Shown in pieces: positions 9,305 to 19,777 of a stretch of 31,198 nt of DNA. Positions within the stretch are counted from its first letter, which is position 1; each line of letters begins with the position of its first letter. Origin of the DNA: an uncultured cyanobacterium (GTDB taxonomy: Bacteria > Cyanobacteriota > Cyanobacteriia > Cyanobacteriales > CAWCAG01); assembly GCA_963793425.1 (NCBI GenBank), contig CAWCAG010000008.1, positions 1 to 31,198 of the forward strand, given 5' to 3'. The notes under the pieces were generated by a model. The model did no database searches. It was not told where the DNA came from and saw only the letters and a list, made by a program, of their open reading frames with translations. Made by a program: the position numbers and the translations under genes.

Positions 9305-12300
9305 TTGATGTTAATGAAAGCCTGTTCACGTAAGCTAAATACTTTTTTGCAAACAGCATCCTTAAATGAAACAACAGTTCGATTCTTAAGGAACTCAATC
9401 ACATCTGAGAATAGTGTCGATACTTCCCAAACTATAGACTTAGAACTACTGCAATCAATTGCTAGCGCCTCTGACAGAGTAAATCTAGAAACTATTAATT
9501 CAGTAGAATTATTAAGTATTGCTAAACACCCTATTAGTGGACAACACCAAGAATTAACTAGTAAGCAAATTTCTCTTTCTCAAGAAGATTTGCAAACATT
9601 GCCGAGTGATCTTAACGAGGAAAAATTGTTTTGGTGGTTATGGCGCTTTTATCCAGAAGTATGCAACAAAGTTAACTCACAAGCTTTAGTAACACCCCAA
9701 CATGGCGTATTACCAGATTGCCCTCAACACAGTTATACCAGTACAGTATCTGCACTAACAGGAGCAATGTATCCAGAAAGCTGGAAAGGTAATGAACCAG
9801 AACAACCTTACCTATTGCTGTTCACATTCTCTCCGGTTCAGGAGTTTATCAAAGCTTCCCGTAAATTCCTAGACTTTTGGTCTGGTTCCTATCTGCTCCA
9901 TTACCTCAGTGCTAGACTCTGCTGGTATGTAGCTCAAGAATATGGCCCTGACGCAGTGGTCACTCCTTCATTGTGGGGACAAGAAATCATTGATGCTCTT
10001 CTGCTACAAAAGTACTCAGACTTCAGCGAAAGTTTCAGGCATTTTGCTGAAGACGGTTGTGACCCCAAAACTCGCTACAAGAATAAAAAGTCCACATCCT
10101 TAACCACAGCAGGTTTTCCCAATACTATTACTATCCTTGTAGGTAACAAAGAAGAGGCTCAGGAGTTAGGGAAAAAATTAACTGAGCAACTAGTTGAAGA
10201 ATGGAGTGCGATCGCACTCAAAGTAAAAGAAAATATTAAAGAAAAGACAAGAGTTTATCTAGAGAATACAGATACTTGTGAAGAATTGCTCAAAGATTTT
10301 TCCTCCAGCCAAGAAGAGTTAGAGTCCAACCGGGAAGAATTAAGAAAACTAAGACAGCCTGAATGTTGGGCATGGAGTAAACTCTGGGAAGCACAGATTA
10401 ATAATAGCTGGGAACCCTACTGGTGTGCTGTTCCTTTGGGTAGTCCGGAAGAAGAATTTAGTATCGCTGAAGATGAACAACGCAAGTTTGACCAAAAATG
10501 GATTGATGCTCAAGAAAAGGTAGCCCAAACCAGACCGGATATTAGGCCTCCTAGCGAAGCAGAAAAAAACATTTACACATCTCTAAATGTAGGAACTTGG
10601 TGGGGTTCAGTACAAGCTCGTTTAGGACAAGCCATACAAGCAGTTAAGAATACTCGTAACTGGCAAATTCCGGCTGCGCCAGGGGAACGTTCCACTATCT
10701 CCGGTAGATTTAGCGCTGTGCATCCCTTTTTACTTTATAGAGATAAGTACAAGGAAGGAGGAGGTTTAGGGTCAACTTCAATGCGCCTATTTTGGCGAGT
10801 GATGGCAGAGGTTTACCCAGGATTATTTAACGGCTCAGAGAAACTCAATGCCATTGAACTAACTAAGCGTATGGCTTGGTTTTATGGAGGTGTTGCAGAG
10901 ACTTTGGGCATGGGAGAGGTAGAAGAAAAAGAAGAAGTAAGTGAAGAAGTTAACCAAGAGTTAGAGATAGGTGTGGCACAAGACCTAGAAAACCTAGACT
11001 ATGAACAGATGGTTCGTTTTCCTAATCTCAGTTCCATTGCTGCTGCTAGATTTACACACAATGACTGGGAGCAAGGTACAAAGAAAATGATTGCTTACTG
11101 GCGCATTTTAGCTAAGGAAATTACAGCCAACTTAAGAGAAAAACGAGATATTTTTGGTAGTAGGACTCGTGGCCGGGAGTTCCATGTACCGAAAACAGAT
11201 GCTGCAATCACCAAAAAAGAACCAGGTAACAAATACAACGGAGTGATGTTTTCTAGTAAATGGCTAGCAGACGATATGGGACTAGAAATTTCAGACCATA
11301 ACAACTTAAGAGGATTAGTAGACGAAGCCCATAAAAAGGCTGGTTTTGGCAATAGTTCTCCTGGTGATTGGTGGGTGATTCTCCTTGGTGATGGCGATGG
11401 CATGGGACAGTATGTTAATGGTCGCAAATTGAAGGAATATCAAGAATATCTAGCTAATTTGCAGCCTGAAACTTACCAAAGTGTAAAACTCAATAGTGAA
11501 GAAGAAACAGAATTTAAAGAACAGTTCCAAAAGTTGCTAGAAACTAGAAAGCGTATGGGGCCAGCTACCCACATTGGCTTAAACCGGGCCCTCTTAGATT
11601 TTTCTAATCGTCTTGTTCCCTACCTAACAGAAAAACGCTTTTGTGGAAAGGTTATCTACAGTGGTGGAGATGATGTCATGGCAGTCCTACCTCTAGAAGA
11701 CTTGCCAGAATATTTGCGATCGCTAAAATCAGCTTGGTGTGGTGGCACAGATCCGGGTGAGGAGTTTGCTAACCAAGCAACGGAAGATAATCCTAGTGGT
11801 AGTGGTTACTGGTGTTCTAGAGGAGAAGTAGAAGGAGTTCCTAAGCGCCCTCTATTTACTATGGGGAAAGATGCCACTATGAGTGTTGGTGTTGTTGTTG
11901 CCCACAAAAGTGTCCCTTTACCTACAGTATTAGAAGCTCTTTGGGATGCAGAAAAGGAGCGGGCAAAAAAGTTGTTAGGTACACCAAACAAAGATGGTCT
12001 GTGTTTCCGAGTTATTTACAGTTCTGGCAACGTTCTAGAAGCATTGATGAAAGGTCATTTGTTAGATTCTTGGTGGGACTTCGTTAATACGCAACAGAAA
12101 GCTGAACTTACCCCTTTATTATATCGCCTTGCAGAGGAACTTCCTCAACACGCTGTTATTACTAAAAATCTAGAATTGGTCAAAAAAGCTGCCCAGGTAA
12201 TTATCAACAAAAGGGAAGAAAGCAAGCAAGTAGAAGGCATTGAACAGTTACCAAATTGGTTAAATGAATGGGAGAAGTGGGCCTATCAAGCTGCTGAACA

Positions 12301-12430
12301 ACATCGCCTAGCAGGAGACAAAGGTAAGGCGTTAGGTACACAACTAACAGATTTAAAAAACCTCCTCCGCTTCACTGCCTTCTGGCTAGACAAAATGGCC
12401 GAACGAGAAAAATGGCTTGCTGATGACTAA
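9305..12430 (+). CDS. cas10: Type III-B Cas10/Cmr2 (palm/cyclase motif intact, no HD motif)
   Basis: FSPVQEFIKASRKFLDFWSGSYLL, GDGDGMG and YSGGDDVMA motifs. Start could be 9305, 9308 or 9314. Confidence 0.95.
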   Translation: MMLMKACSRKLNTFLQTASLNETTVRFLRNSITSENSVDTSQTIDLELLQSIASASDRVNLETINSVELLSIAKHPISGQHQELTSKQISLSQEDLQTLPSDLNEEKLFWWLWRFYPEVCNKVNSQALVTPQHGVLPDCPQHSYTSTVSALTGAMYPESWKGNEPEQPYLLLFTFSPVQEFIKASRKFLDFWSGSYLLHYLSARLCWYVAQEYGPDAVVTPSLWGQEIIDALLLQKYSDFSESFRHFAEDGCDPKTRYKNKKSTSLTTAGFPNTITILVGNKEEAQELGKKLTEQLVEEWSAIALKVKENIKEKTRVYLENTDTCEELLKDFSSSQEELESNREELRKLRQPECWAWSKLWEAQINNSWEPYWCAVPLGSPEEEFSIAEDEQRKFDQKWIDAQEKVAQTRPDIRPPSEAEKNIYTSLNVGTWWGSVQARLGQAIQAVKNTRNWQIPAAPGERSTISGRFSAVHPFLLYRDKYKEGGGLGSTSMRLFWRVMAEVYPGLFNGSEKLNAIELTKRMAWFYGGVAETLGMGEVEEKEEVSEEVNQELEIGVAQDLENLDYEQMVRFPNLSSIAAARFTHNDWEQGTKKMIAYWRILAKEITANLREKRDIFGSRTRGREFHVPKTDAAITKKEPGNKYNGVMFSSKWLADDMGLEISDHNNLRGLVDEAHKKAGFGNSSPGDWWVILLGDGDGMGQYVNGRKLKEYQEYLANLQPETYQSVKLNSEEETEFKEQFQKLLETRKRMGPATHIGLNRALLDFSNRLVPYLTEKRFCGKVIYSGGDDVMAVLPLEDLPEYLRSLKSAWCGGTDPGEEFANQATEDNPSGSGYWCSRGEVEGVPKRPLFTMGKDATMSVGVVVAHKSVPLPTVLEALWDAEKERAKKLLGTPNKDGLCFRVIYSSGNVLEALMKGHLLDSWWDFVNTQQKAELTPLLYRLAEELPQHAVITKNLELVKKAAQVIINKREESKQVEGIEQLPNWLNEWEKWAYQAAEQHRLAGDKGKALGTQLTDLKNLLRFTAFWLDKMAEREKWLADD

Positions 12431-12442
12431 TTCCTAATCTTT

Positions 12443-12464
12443 TTTAACTTTTGACTTTTGACTT
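12443..12464 (+). repeat. Short heptamer tandem repeat (TTTGACT, STRR-like)
   Basis: tttaact-tttgact-tttgact in the cas10-cmr3 gap. Confidence 0.5.
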
Positions 12465-12466
12465 AA

Positions 12467-13584
<1,118 letters not shown>

Positions 13585-13585
<1 letters not shown>

Positions 13586-14478
13586 TGAAATCTCAACTTG
13601 CTTATCTCTATTTACTTTCTCCTTTGCATACAGGGGGAACTAGTCAGGAAGGAAATGTTGTGGGGATTGCTAGGGAAACCCATACAAACTTCCCTTACAT
13701 TCCTTCTAGTACAATTCGGGGTCGTTACCGGGCTGATGTAACTATCAATGTCGATACTTCTGATAGTGATGCACTTACAGAGGCCAAAATTAAAAGAATC
13801 AAGCTTTTCGGTCCAGATTTGGATGATTTGAAAAACAATAGTTTTCGAGAAGACTATGAAGTACTCACAGACCGAAAATTAACTCAGTTAGAGCAAGGTA
13901 GTATTTGGATTGGGGATGGTTCCCTGCTTTGGTTGCCTGTTGCCTCTCTTAGTCACGGCGTTGTCTGGATTAGTTGTCCTTTGCTGCTGCAACGTTGGTC
14001 AAAGCTTAGTCAAGGTAAAGCTAGCATTAATGTACCGGAATATAGTAGCAGCATTGAAGGGGATGATGTTTATCTCAAAGATGCTATTCTTCCTAAGAAT
14101 GAGCTAAAAAAGTGGTCTAAATGGGAAGATTTTTTACCTCCTGGTGACCATACCGAAATTGTCAATAAAGTTATCGTTTTACCAAATCAGCATTGTGAAA
14201 CCTTGATTCAAATGAGTTTGTGGCGACAGGTGAAGGTCAAACTAAGCGAACATAAGGTAGTTACAGATGGTAGCTTTCGCTATGAAGAAGCAATTCCTCC
14301 AGATACTTTGATGTACTTTCCTTGGGGAATTACAGCCCAAGCTAATGGCAAGACACAAGAACATTACCAAGATTTTCGCCAGCTTCTAGAGGATAACTCT
14401 TTGCTGCAAATTGGTGGTCAGGAAAGCTTAGGTAGAGGGTTCGTTGAACAATGGTTAGCAAATAATAACAAGGAGTAA
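13585..14478 (+). CDS. cmr4: Cmr4 (Cas7-group RAMP)
   Basis: SPLHTGG...IARETHTNFPYIPSSTIRG, YEEAIPPDT and QIGGQESLGRG. ATG overlaps the cmr3 stop (TAATG). Confidence 0.93.
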
Positions 14479-14483
14479 CAAGC

Positions 14484-14945
14484 ATGAGTTTTGACCCCCG
14501 TACTGTTAGTACCCCTGTGTATGAGGCATTGCATAAGTTGCGATCGCAATACGACAATTTTCAAGAATTAGAAAAGTATAAAGCCCATCTACAAGAACAT
14601 AAAAGTCAAGCTGTGCAACTCTACAGTTACATCTCTAGTTGGGGTTTGATGCGCCTGAAAGGGGAAGAAATTGCCCTTGATAAGTGGACAGATACAACTC
14701 CTTCTTTTAGAGAAAGAATTGAAAAGTCTCAAGAAGGAAGAAGAGAAGTAATTGAAACTTTCTTTCAGTGTTTGCAGAAGGTGTCTAAAGTTAACAACCT
14801 GGCTGAAGAAGTGGGTTTGGCAACTCTTAAGAATATGAAGCATAGTCAATATCTGGGCTTAACAGGTTTAGCCCTAGCTTTAGCTAAAGAGTTTAGTTTC
14901 TGGGCTGATGCTGTCTATCATGATATTAAAGCAGGAGAGTCTTAG
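14484..14945 (+). CDS. cmr5: Cmr5-like small subunit (Cas11)
   Basis: Helical 153-aa protein between cmr4 and cmr6; SSWGLMRL and YLGLTGLALALAKEFSFWA. Confidence 0.75.
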   Translation: MSFDPRTVSTPVYEALHKLRSQYDNFQELEKYKAHLQEHKSQAVQLYSYISSWGLMRLKGEEIALDKWTDTTPSFRERIEKSQEGRREVIETFFQCLQKVSKVNNLAEEVGLATLKNMKHSQYLGLTGLALALAKEFSFWADAVYHDIKAGES

Positions 14946-14946
14946 A

Positions 14947-16773
14947 ATGGTCTACAACAATGACAACCAACCTCCCTCTCCTTGGTTAAAGGGACAAAGG
15001 GGATTTACACCTGCTAAAGATGCTGGTTTTGCTGAGTATTTGCGCTGGATGCGTTCTCCTTTACCAGTGAGTGATGCTAAAACATCAGTTGATAAAAGTA
15101 ATGATAAAGAGAACAATTTTACCAAACTACAACTGCTACATTTCGCTGCTGCTGGTGGCAATGGTGTTAATTATCGCACCTATTTCCAGAGACTGAACGA
15201 ACGTACTAAGAAGATTGCCGGAGAAGATAATACTTTTGCCGCAGAATGTCCTTGGCGTATGCGAGTGGGAGGAGAGACTGGGCCGGAAAATATTCTTTTA
15301 CCAGCTTTCGATAATTTAGGATTTCCTTACATTGCTGCTAGTAGTTTACGGGGAGTGGCAAGGCATCAAGCTTGGCGAGAGTTACTCGAAGAAAAACTTA
15401 AGGATGCAGATAATGAAGAGAATGCGAAACAGCAGGCAAAAAAGGAGTTAGAAACTTACTTCGGTTCTCTCGAAGCAGCAGAAGAAGATCAAGCTGGAAA
15501 AATAGTATTTCTTGATACCTATCCTGATTATAAAAGTTGGGGAAAACAGGGAAGAGGTTTAGCAGTAGATATTGCTAATAGTATTTGGGGTTGGCAAGAT
15601 GATGAACCAAAATATAATCCTAATCCGAATAGTTTCCTTTCTCTACGAAAACCTAAATTTATCATTGGTTTGCGTCTTACTTCCCGTGCTAACCAGGAGA
15701 TGTTAGATAAGGTTAAGAGTTGGTTAATTCGCGGTTTGCAAGCGGGGATTGGTTCTCAGGTTAATAGTGGTTATGGGGAAATGGTAATTAAGGGTGAAGA
15801 GGTCACAAGTCAACCTTTCCTAGAACTTAAGTTTACTCTGCAAGGACAGCTTATCCACAGTAACCAGAAGTTTAGAAATCTCAGAAACCCTCACCAAAAC
15901 GGTAACAACCCTACATACCCGGAACCAGAAGTACGTCCCATCGCTTTTAAGTCTATGTTGCGTTATTGGTTTCGCACCATTACTTTAGGTTATTTGTCTC
16001 CCTCTGATGTACAGACTTGGGAAGCAAATTTGTTTGGTGGCATTGAACCCCCAACTCAGGGACTAGCTAAAGTACGGACAGAAGAAAAAGGGCGCTTACG
16101 TTATGAAGAGCAACCAGCAGATCAAGATTGTTTACAACAACAAGGTATTCTTAAGCTACTTTGTTCCTCTGAAGTATCTTCAAACCAGGAAGCAGATGTT
16201 AAGAAGTTGCTGAAAAACCTAACCTGGTTGATGTTTCAGCTTGGAGGAGTGGGGCAAGGGGCGAGAAGACCTCTTCATAAGCGTAGTAGTAACCCCTATT
16301 ACCGTGGTACAAAGTTACGAGTAGAAGGTGGTGATGCTTTTTGGCAGCTACCAGATAGTCTTGATGAGTTTAAAATTCGCTTCCAAGAAAGGTTGACTGG
16401 TTTTTGGCGGGCGTTGGCTTGTTTGCGATCGCAAGAAAATAAATTACCCCTTCTTTCTGTTGCTAGTTCAACAGCCTGGGCAGAAGCGATGGATGTTAAC
16501 TGTAGAATTATTGTTTGTGCTGGAGAGATGGTAAATAATAAGCCCAAGGCTTTAGCAGTTTTGCATAGTGATACTCTCAATCCCAATAAAAGTACCGAGG
16601 GATACAATATTCAGCTTTGTGGTAAAACTGGCGATCGTTCTCCTGTTTGGATAGCAGATTTGGGTGAGTATCAAGTGGTGACTGTTTTTGGTGTTGAAAA
16701 TCAAACTCGTTTTCGGTTTTTAAAAACTTTGGAAGAGGAAGCGGACGAGTATCAGCAAATTTTTCCCGGTTAA
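14947..16773 (+). CDS. cmr6: Cmr6-Cmr1 fusion RAMP protein
   Basis: Two RAMP domains: PYIAASSLRG...GIGSQVNSGYG (Cmr6) and FKSMLRYWFR...LGGVGQGARR (Cmr1). Likely start is ATG 14947, right after cmr5. Confidence 0.88.
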   Translation: MVYNNDNQPPSPWLKGQRGFTPAKDAGFAEYLRWMRSPLPVSDAKTSVDKSNDKENNFTKLQLLHFAAAGGNGVNYRTYFQRLNERTKKIAGEDNTFAAECPWRMRVGGETGPENILLPAFDNLGFPYIAASSLRGVARHQAWRELLEEKLKDADNEENAKQQAKKELETYFGSLEAAEEDQAGKIVFLDTYPDYKSWGKQGRGLAVDIANSIWGWQDDEPKYNPNPNSFLSLRKPKFIIGLRLTSRANQEMLDKVKSWLIRGLQAGIGSQVNSGYGEMVIKGEEVTSQPFLELKFTLQGQLIHSNQKFRNLRNPHQNGNNPTYPEPEVRPIAFKSMLRYWFRTITLGYLSPSDVQTWEANLFGGIEPPTQGLAKVRTEEKGRLRYEEQPADQDCLQQQGILKLLCSSEVSSNQEADVKKLLKNLTWLMFQLGGVGQGARRPLHKRSSNPYYRGTKLRVEGGDAFWQLPDSLDEFKIRFQERLTGFWRALACLRSQENKLPLLSVASSTAWAEAMDVNCRIIVCAGEMVNNKPKALAVLHSDTLNPNKSTEGYNIQLCGKTGDRSPVWIADLGEYQVVTVFGVENQTRFRFLKTLEEEADEYQQIFPG

Positions 16774-16850
16774 AATGCAAAAGGGAAAGATAATGCTGAC
16801 ATAGGGAGATATTTAGCTATGCTTAAAGTAGTTATACTCCCTATTTTAAA

Positions 16851-17810
16851 ATGAGATTTATTAGCCCAAAAACTGACTTTGCTTTCAAAAAGATATTTGG
16901 TTCTAACCAAAGTAAAGGTATCCTGATTTCTTTCCTTAATGCCATCATTTATTCAGGAGATCCTGTTATTCATGATCTAGAAATTATTGACCCTTATAAT
17001 GCTGCTGAGTCAGTGGGTTCTAAAGATAGTTATCTTGATGTTAGAGCAATCTTGCAAGATGGGACTACTGTTATTATTGAGATGCAAGTGTGGCAAGTGG
17101 AAGCCTTTCGACAAAGGATTGTTTACAACCTCTGTAAAACCTATGGTAATCAGCTTGCTAAGGGAGCAAAGTATACTCGTCTTAGCCCTGTTATTGCTTT
17201 AACTATTACTGACTTTAATTTGTTTCCTACTACAGAAGATGTGATTAACTACTTTCACTTCCAGGAAGTAACTAAACATATTTCCTATCTAGAAGATGAG
17301 TTAAGGTTGGTGTTTGTGGAGTTACCTAAGTTTACTAAAACTCTTGAAGAGTTAGAGACTATTACAGACAAATGGATTTACTTTATTAAGGAAGCACCAA
17401 GCTTAGAAGTAATACCAGAAAAGATGAGGGAAGTACCTCAATTAAAACAAGCTTTAGGCATTGCTAACCAAGCTGGCTTGAGTGCTGAAGAGTTGGAAAA
17501 GATTCACCGACAAGAGATGTTTTGGGAGGACAAGAAGAGTGGTTTAAGGTTTGCGGAAAAAGAAGGAGAAGAAAGAGGCATACAAAGAGGTATACAAGAA
17601 GGTAGGCAAGAAGGAATTATTTTGGGGGAAAGAAGGTTTCTTGTGCGACAACTTGAACGCCGTTTAGGAAAGTTGAGTTCGGAGGCTTTTACTGCTATAG
17701 AAAGTTTGGATTCTGCAAGTTTAGAATCGTTAGGAGAAGCGATGGTTGATTTTAAGAGTAGTGAAGATTTGCTTACCGAAGATAATGGGTTTAAAGCCCC
17801 GTCCTTTTAG
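16851..17810 (+). CDS. Rpn-family PD-(D/E)XK nuclease / putative transposase with DUF4351-like tail; last codons supplied by the IS end
   Basis: PKTDFAFKKIFG, LDVRA...IEMQ, FVELPKF and EGRQEG repeats; native sequence stops at the IS boundary 17776. Confidence 0.9.
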   Translation: MRFISPKTDFAFKKIFGSNQSKGILISFLNAIIYSGDPVIHDLEIIDPYNAAESVGSKDSYLDVRAILQDGTTVIIEMQVWQVEAFRQRIVYNLCKTYGNQLAKGAKYTRLSPVIALTITDFNLFPTTEDVINYFHFQEVTKHISYLEDELRLVFVELPKFTKTLEELETITDKWIYFIKEAPSLEVIPEKMREVPQLKQALGIANQAGLSAEELEKIHRQEMFWEDKKSGLRFAEKEGEERGIQRGIQEGRQEGIILGERRFLVRQLERRLGKLSSEAFTAIESLDSASLESLGEAMVDFKSSEDLLTEDNGFKAPSF

Positions 17811-18205
17811 GGCGGCTTTTCTTGATTCTTAATATACTCTTTTAGGACTGATAGCGGCGCACCGCCAACAGAAATAGCAAAATAGCTAGGACTCCACAAC
17901 GACTGCTTGTGGGGTTTTTTAAATCTAGCTTGTCCATAACGACGACTGGATACCCCTTTTAAGGCATTAATTGTTTGAGAAATAGATAATTTAGGTGGGT
18001 ATTCAATCAGCGAGTGAATATGATCTGCTTCTCCATTAAACTCTAAAATTTGAAAATCCATTTTTTTTGCAACGTCTGTAAAGGATTTTTCGATTAAGTC
18101 TAAGCTTTCAGTCGTTAATACAGGCATACGATATTTAGTTACGCAGACCAAATGAATCTTTAGGTCTGTAATACTATGCCTTCCTTTCCGGAATGGGGTT
18201 GTCAT
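17807..18205 (-). CDS. tnpA: IS200/IS605 Y1 HUH transposase
   Basis: HLVCVTKYR, DHIH (HUH), LWSPSYF and YIKNQ. Confidence 0.95.
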   Translation of the reverse strand: MTTPFRKGRHSITDLKIHLVCVTKYRMPVLTTESLDLIEKSFTDVAKKMDFQILEFNGEADHIHSLIEYPPKLSISQTINALKGVSSRRYGQARFKKPHKQSLWSPSYFAISVGGAPLSVLKEYIKNQEKPP

Positions 18206-18256
18206 TTGCTGTAGACCAATATAGTATACAAGTACAGACCAATTGTAGCATTAGCC

Positions 18257-19480
18257 ATGAAAGCTAGATACAAATTCCGTTTCTATCCAACAAGCCAACA
18301 AAAGCAGCTTTTAGCTCAGTTGTTTGGTTGTGTTCGTGTAGTTTGGAATGATGCCCTGGCTATTTGCAAGCAGTCTGAAAAGCTACCCAAAAACGGAGAC
18401 TTGCAAAAAACCTGCATTACCCAAGCCAAGAAAACTGTAGAACGTATTTGGTTAAGTGAAGTTTCCAGTACTGCCCTACAGCAATCCATTGCCGATTTAG
18501 GAGTTGCTTACAAAAACTTTTTTGACTCGTGCAAGGGAAAACGAAAGGGTAGAAAAGTTGGTTATCCCAAGTTCAAAAAGCGCACAAGCGACCAGTCAGC
18601 AAGGTTAACCCGTGGCGGGTTCAAACTCACTGGAGAGAAAGTCTATCTAGCCAAGATAGGAGATATAAAACCTATCTGGTCGAGAGAACTTCCCTCAACT
18701 CCGAGTTCTGTCACAGTAATCAAAGACTGCGCTGATAGGTACTTTGTGAGCTTTATCGTCGAGATTAACCCAAGCAAATTGCCAGATAATAACAAAAGTA
18801 TAGGCATTGATTTGGGTATAACTGACTTTGCCACTACGAGTAATGGAGAAAAGTATAAAGCCCCTAAGCCGTTAAAGCGTCGGCTTAAAAGGCTTAGGAA
18901 GCTGCAACGTAACCTAGCTAGGAAAACCAAGGGTAGTGAAAGGAGAGAAAAAGCCAGAAAGCGGGTAGCCAAACTTCATGCCAAAGTAAAAGATACTCGT
19001 GCAGACTTCCTTCACAAACTGTCTACTAAAATAATCCGTGAGAACCAAACAATTGTTTTAGAAGACTTAAACGTATCTGGTATGGTCAAGAACCGTAAGC
19101 TTTCTCGTGCTATCAGTGATTTAGGTTGGCGTGATTTTAGAACCATGCTAGAAGCCAAATCCGTTATGTATGGTAGAGAGTTCAAGGTAATTAGTCGTTG
19201 GGAGCCTACTAGCCAGACTTGCTCTTGCTGTGGTTTCAGAGGTGGCAAGAAAGAACTCGGAATTAGGAAATGGACTTGTTTAAATTGCGGCGCTGTACAT
19301 GATAGAGACATCAACGCCGCCATAAACATCTTGGTCGCGGGTGGACAATCCGAGACTTTAAACGGACGTGGAGGCAGGCGTAAGACTATCTCGGTAGCAG
19401 CACCCATTGAAGCGTCAACTCGCCAAGAATTCAAACAACGACAGTTGCTTGAATTCTTATTGGAATCCCCGATCCTTTAG
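18257..19480 (+). CDS. tnpB: RNA-guided endonuclease TnpB
   Basis: RuvC motifs GIDLG, VLEDL and DRDINAA, plus a CSCC/CLNC zinc ribbon; all appear intact. Confidence 0.95.
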   Translation: MKARYKFRFYPTSQQKQLLAQLFGCVRVVWNDALAICKQSEKLPKNGDLQKTCITQAKKTVERIWLSEVSSTALQQSIADLGVAYKNFFDSCKGKRKGRKVGYPKFKKRTSDQSARLTRGGFKLTGEKVYLAKIGDIKPIWSRELPSTPSSVTVIKDCADRYFVSFIVEINPSKLPDNNKSIGIDLGITDFATTSNGEKYKAPKPLKRRLKRLRKLQRNLARKTKGSERREKARKRVAKLHAKVKDTRADFLHKLSTKIIRENQTIVLEDLNVSGMVKNRKLSRAISDLGWRDFRTMLEAKSVMYGREFKVISRWEPTSQTCSCCGFRGGKKELGIRKWTCLNCGAVHDRDINAAINILVAGGQSETLNGRGGRRKTISVAAPIEASTRQEFKQRQLLEFLLESPIL

Positions 19481-19513
19481 GGCGGGGAGGATGTCAAGAG
19501 AAAATTTTGGGTA
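19320..19513 (+). ncRNA. Putative TnpB omegaRNA (right-end scaffold + flank-derived guide)
   Basis: Inferred from established TnpB biology; boundaries approximate. Confidence 0.5.
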
Positions 19514-19559
19514 ACAGGTTTGAAAATTTTCTCAGGGTAATCACTTGATTTTGCGCCCC

Positions 19560-19777
19560 AGGGTAGGTCACAGAATGGGGCTTAGGGAAAAAAACGCTGT
19601 AATTCTTTATCTGAGGCGGTTTCAGCGATTTTTATTTTTAAGGGTATCGCGCACCTTACACAGCAAGGATTTCAGCGATTTTGGCTCTGATTGGTAGGTT
19701 AAGAGAACGTTAAATATGCTCCTTGGGCGCAAACTGGTTTTATAATGCTTTCAGGTTGGGGGTTTGAAAAGCCCGCA
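19560..19777 (+). promoter_or_regulatory. Leader of CRISPR array 1
   Basis: Non-coding region adjacent to the first intact repeat; contains a duplicated TTTCAGCGATTTT and TATAAT at 19741. Left boundary approximate. Confidence 0.7.

Larger units (their letters stand above)
17777..19497. mobile_element. IS200/IS605-family element (divergent tnpA and tnpB)
   Basis: Follows TTAC (17773-17776); subterminal hairpins at ~17797-17816 and ~19467-19487; right end GTCAA at 19497. Confidence 0.9.
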
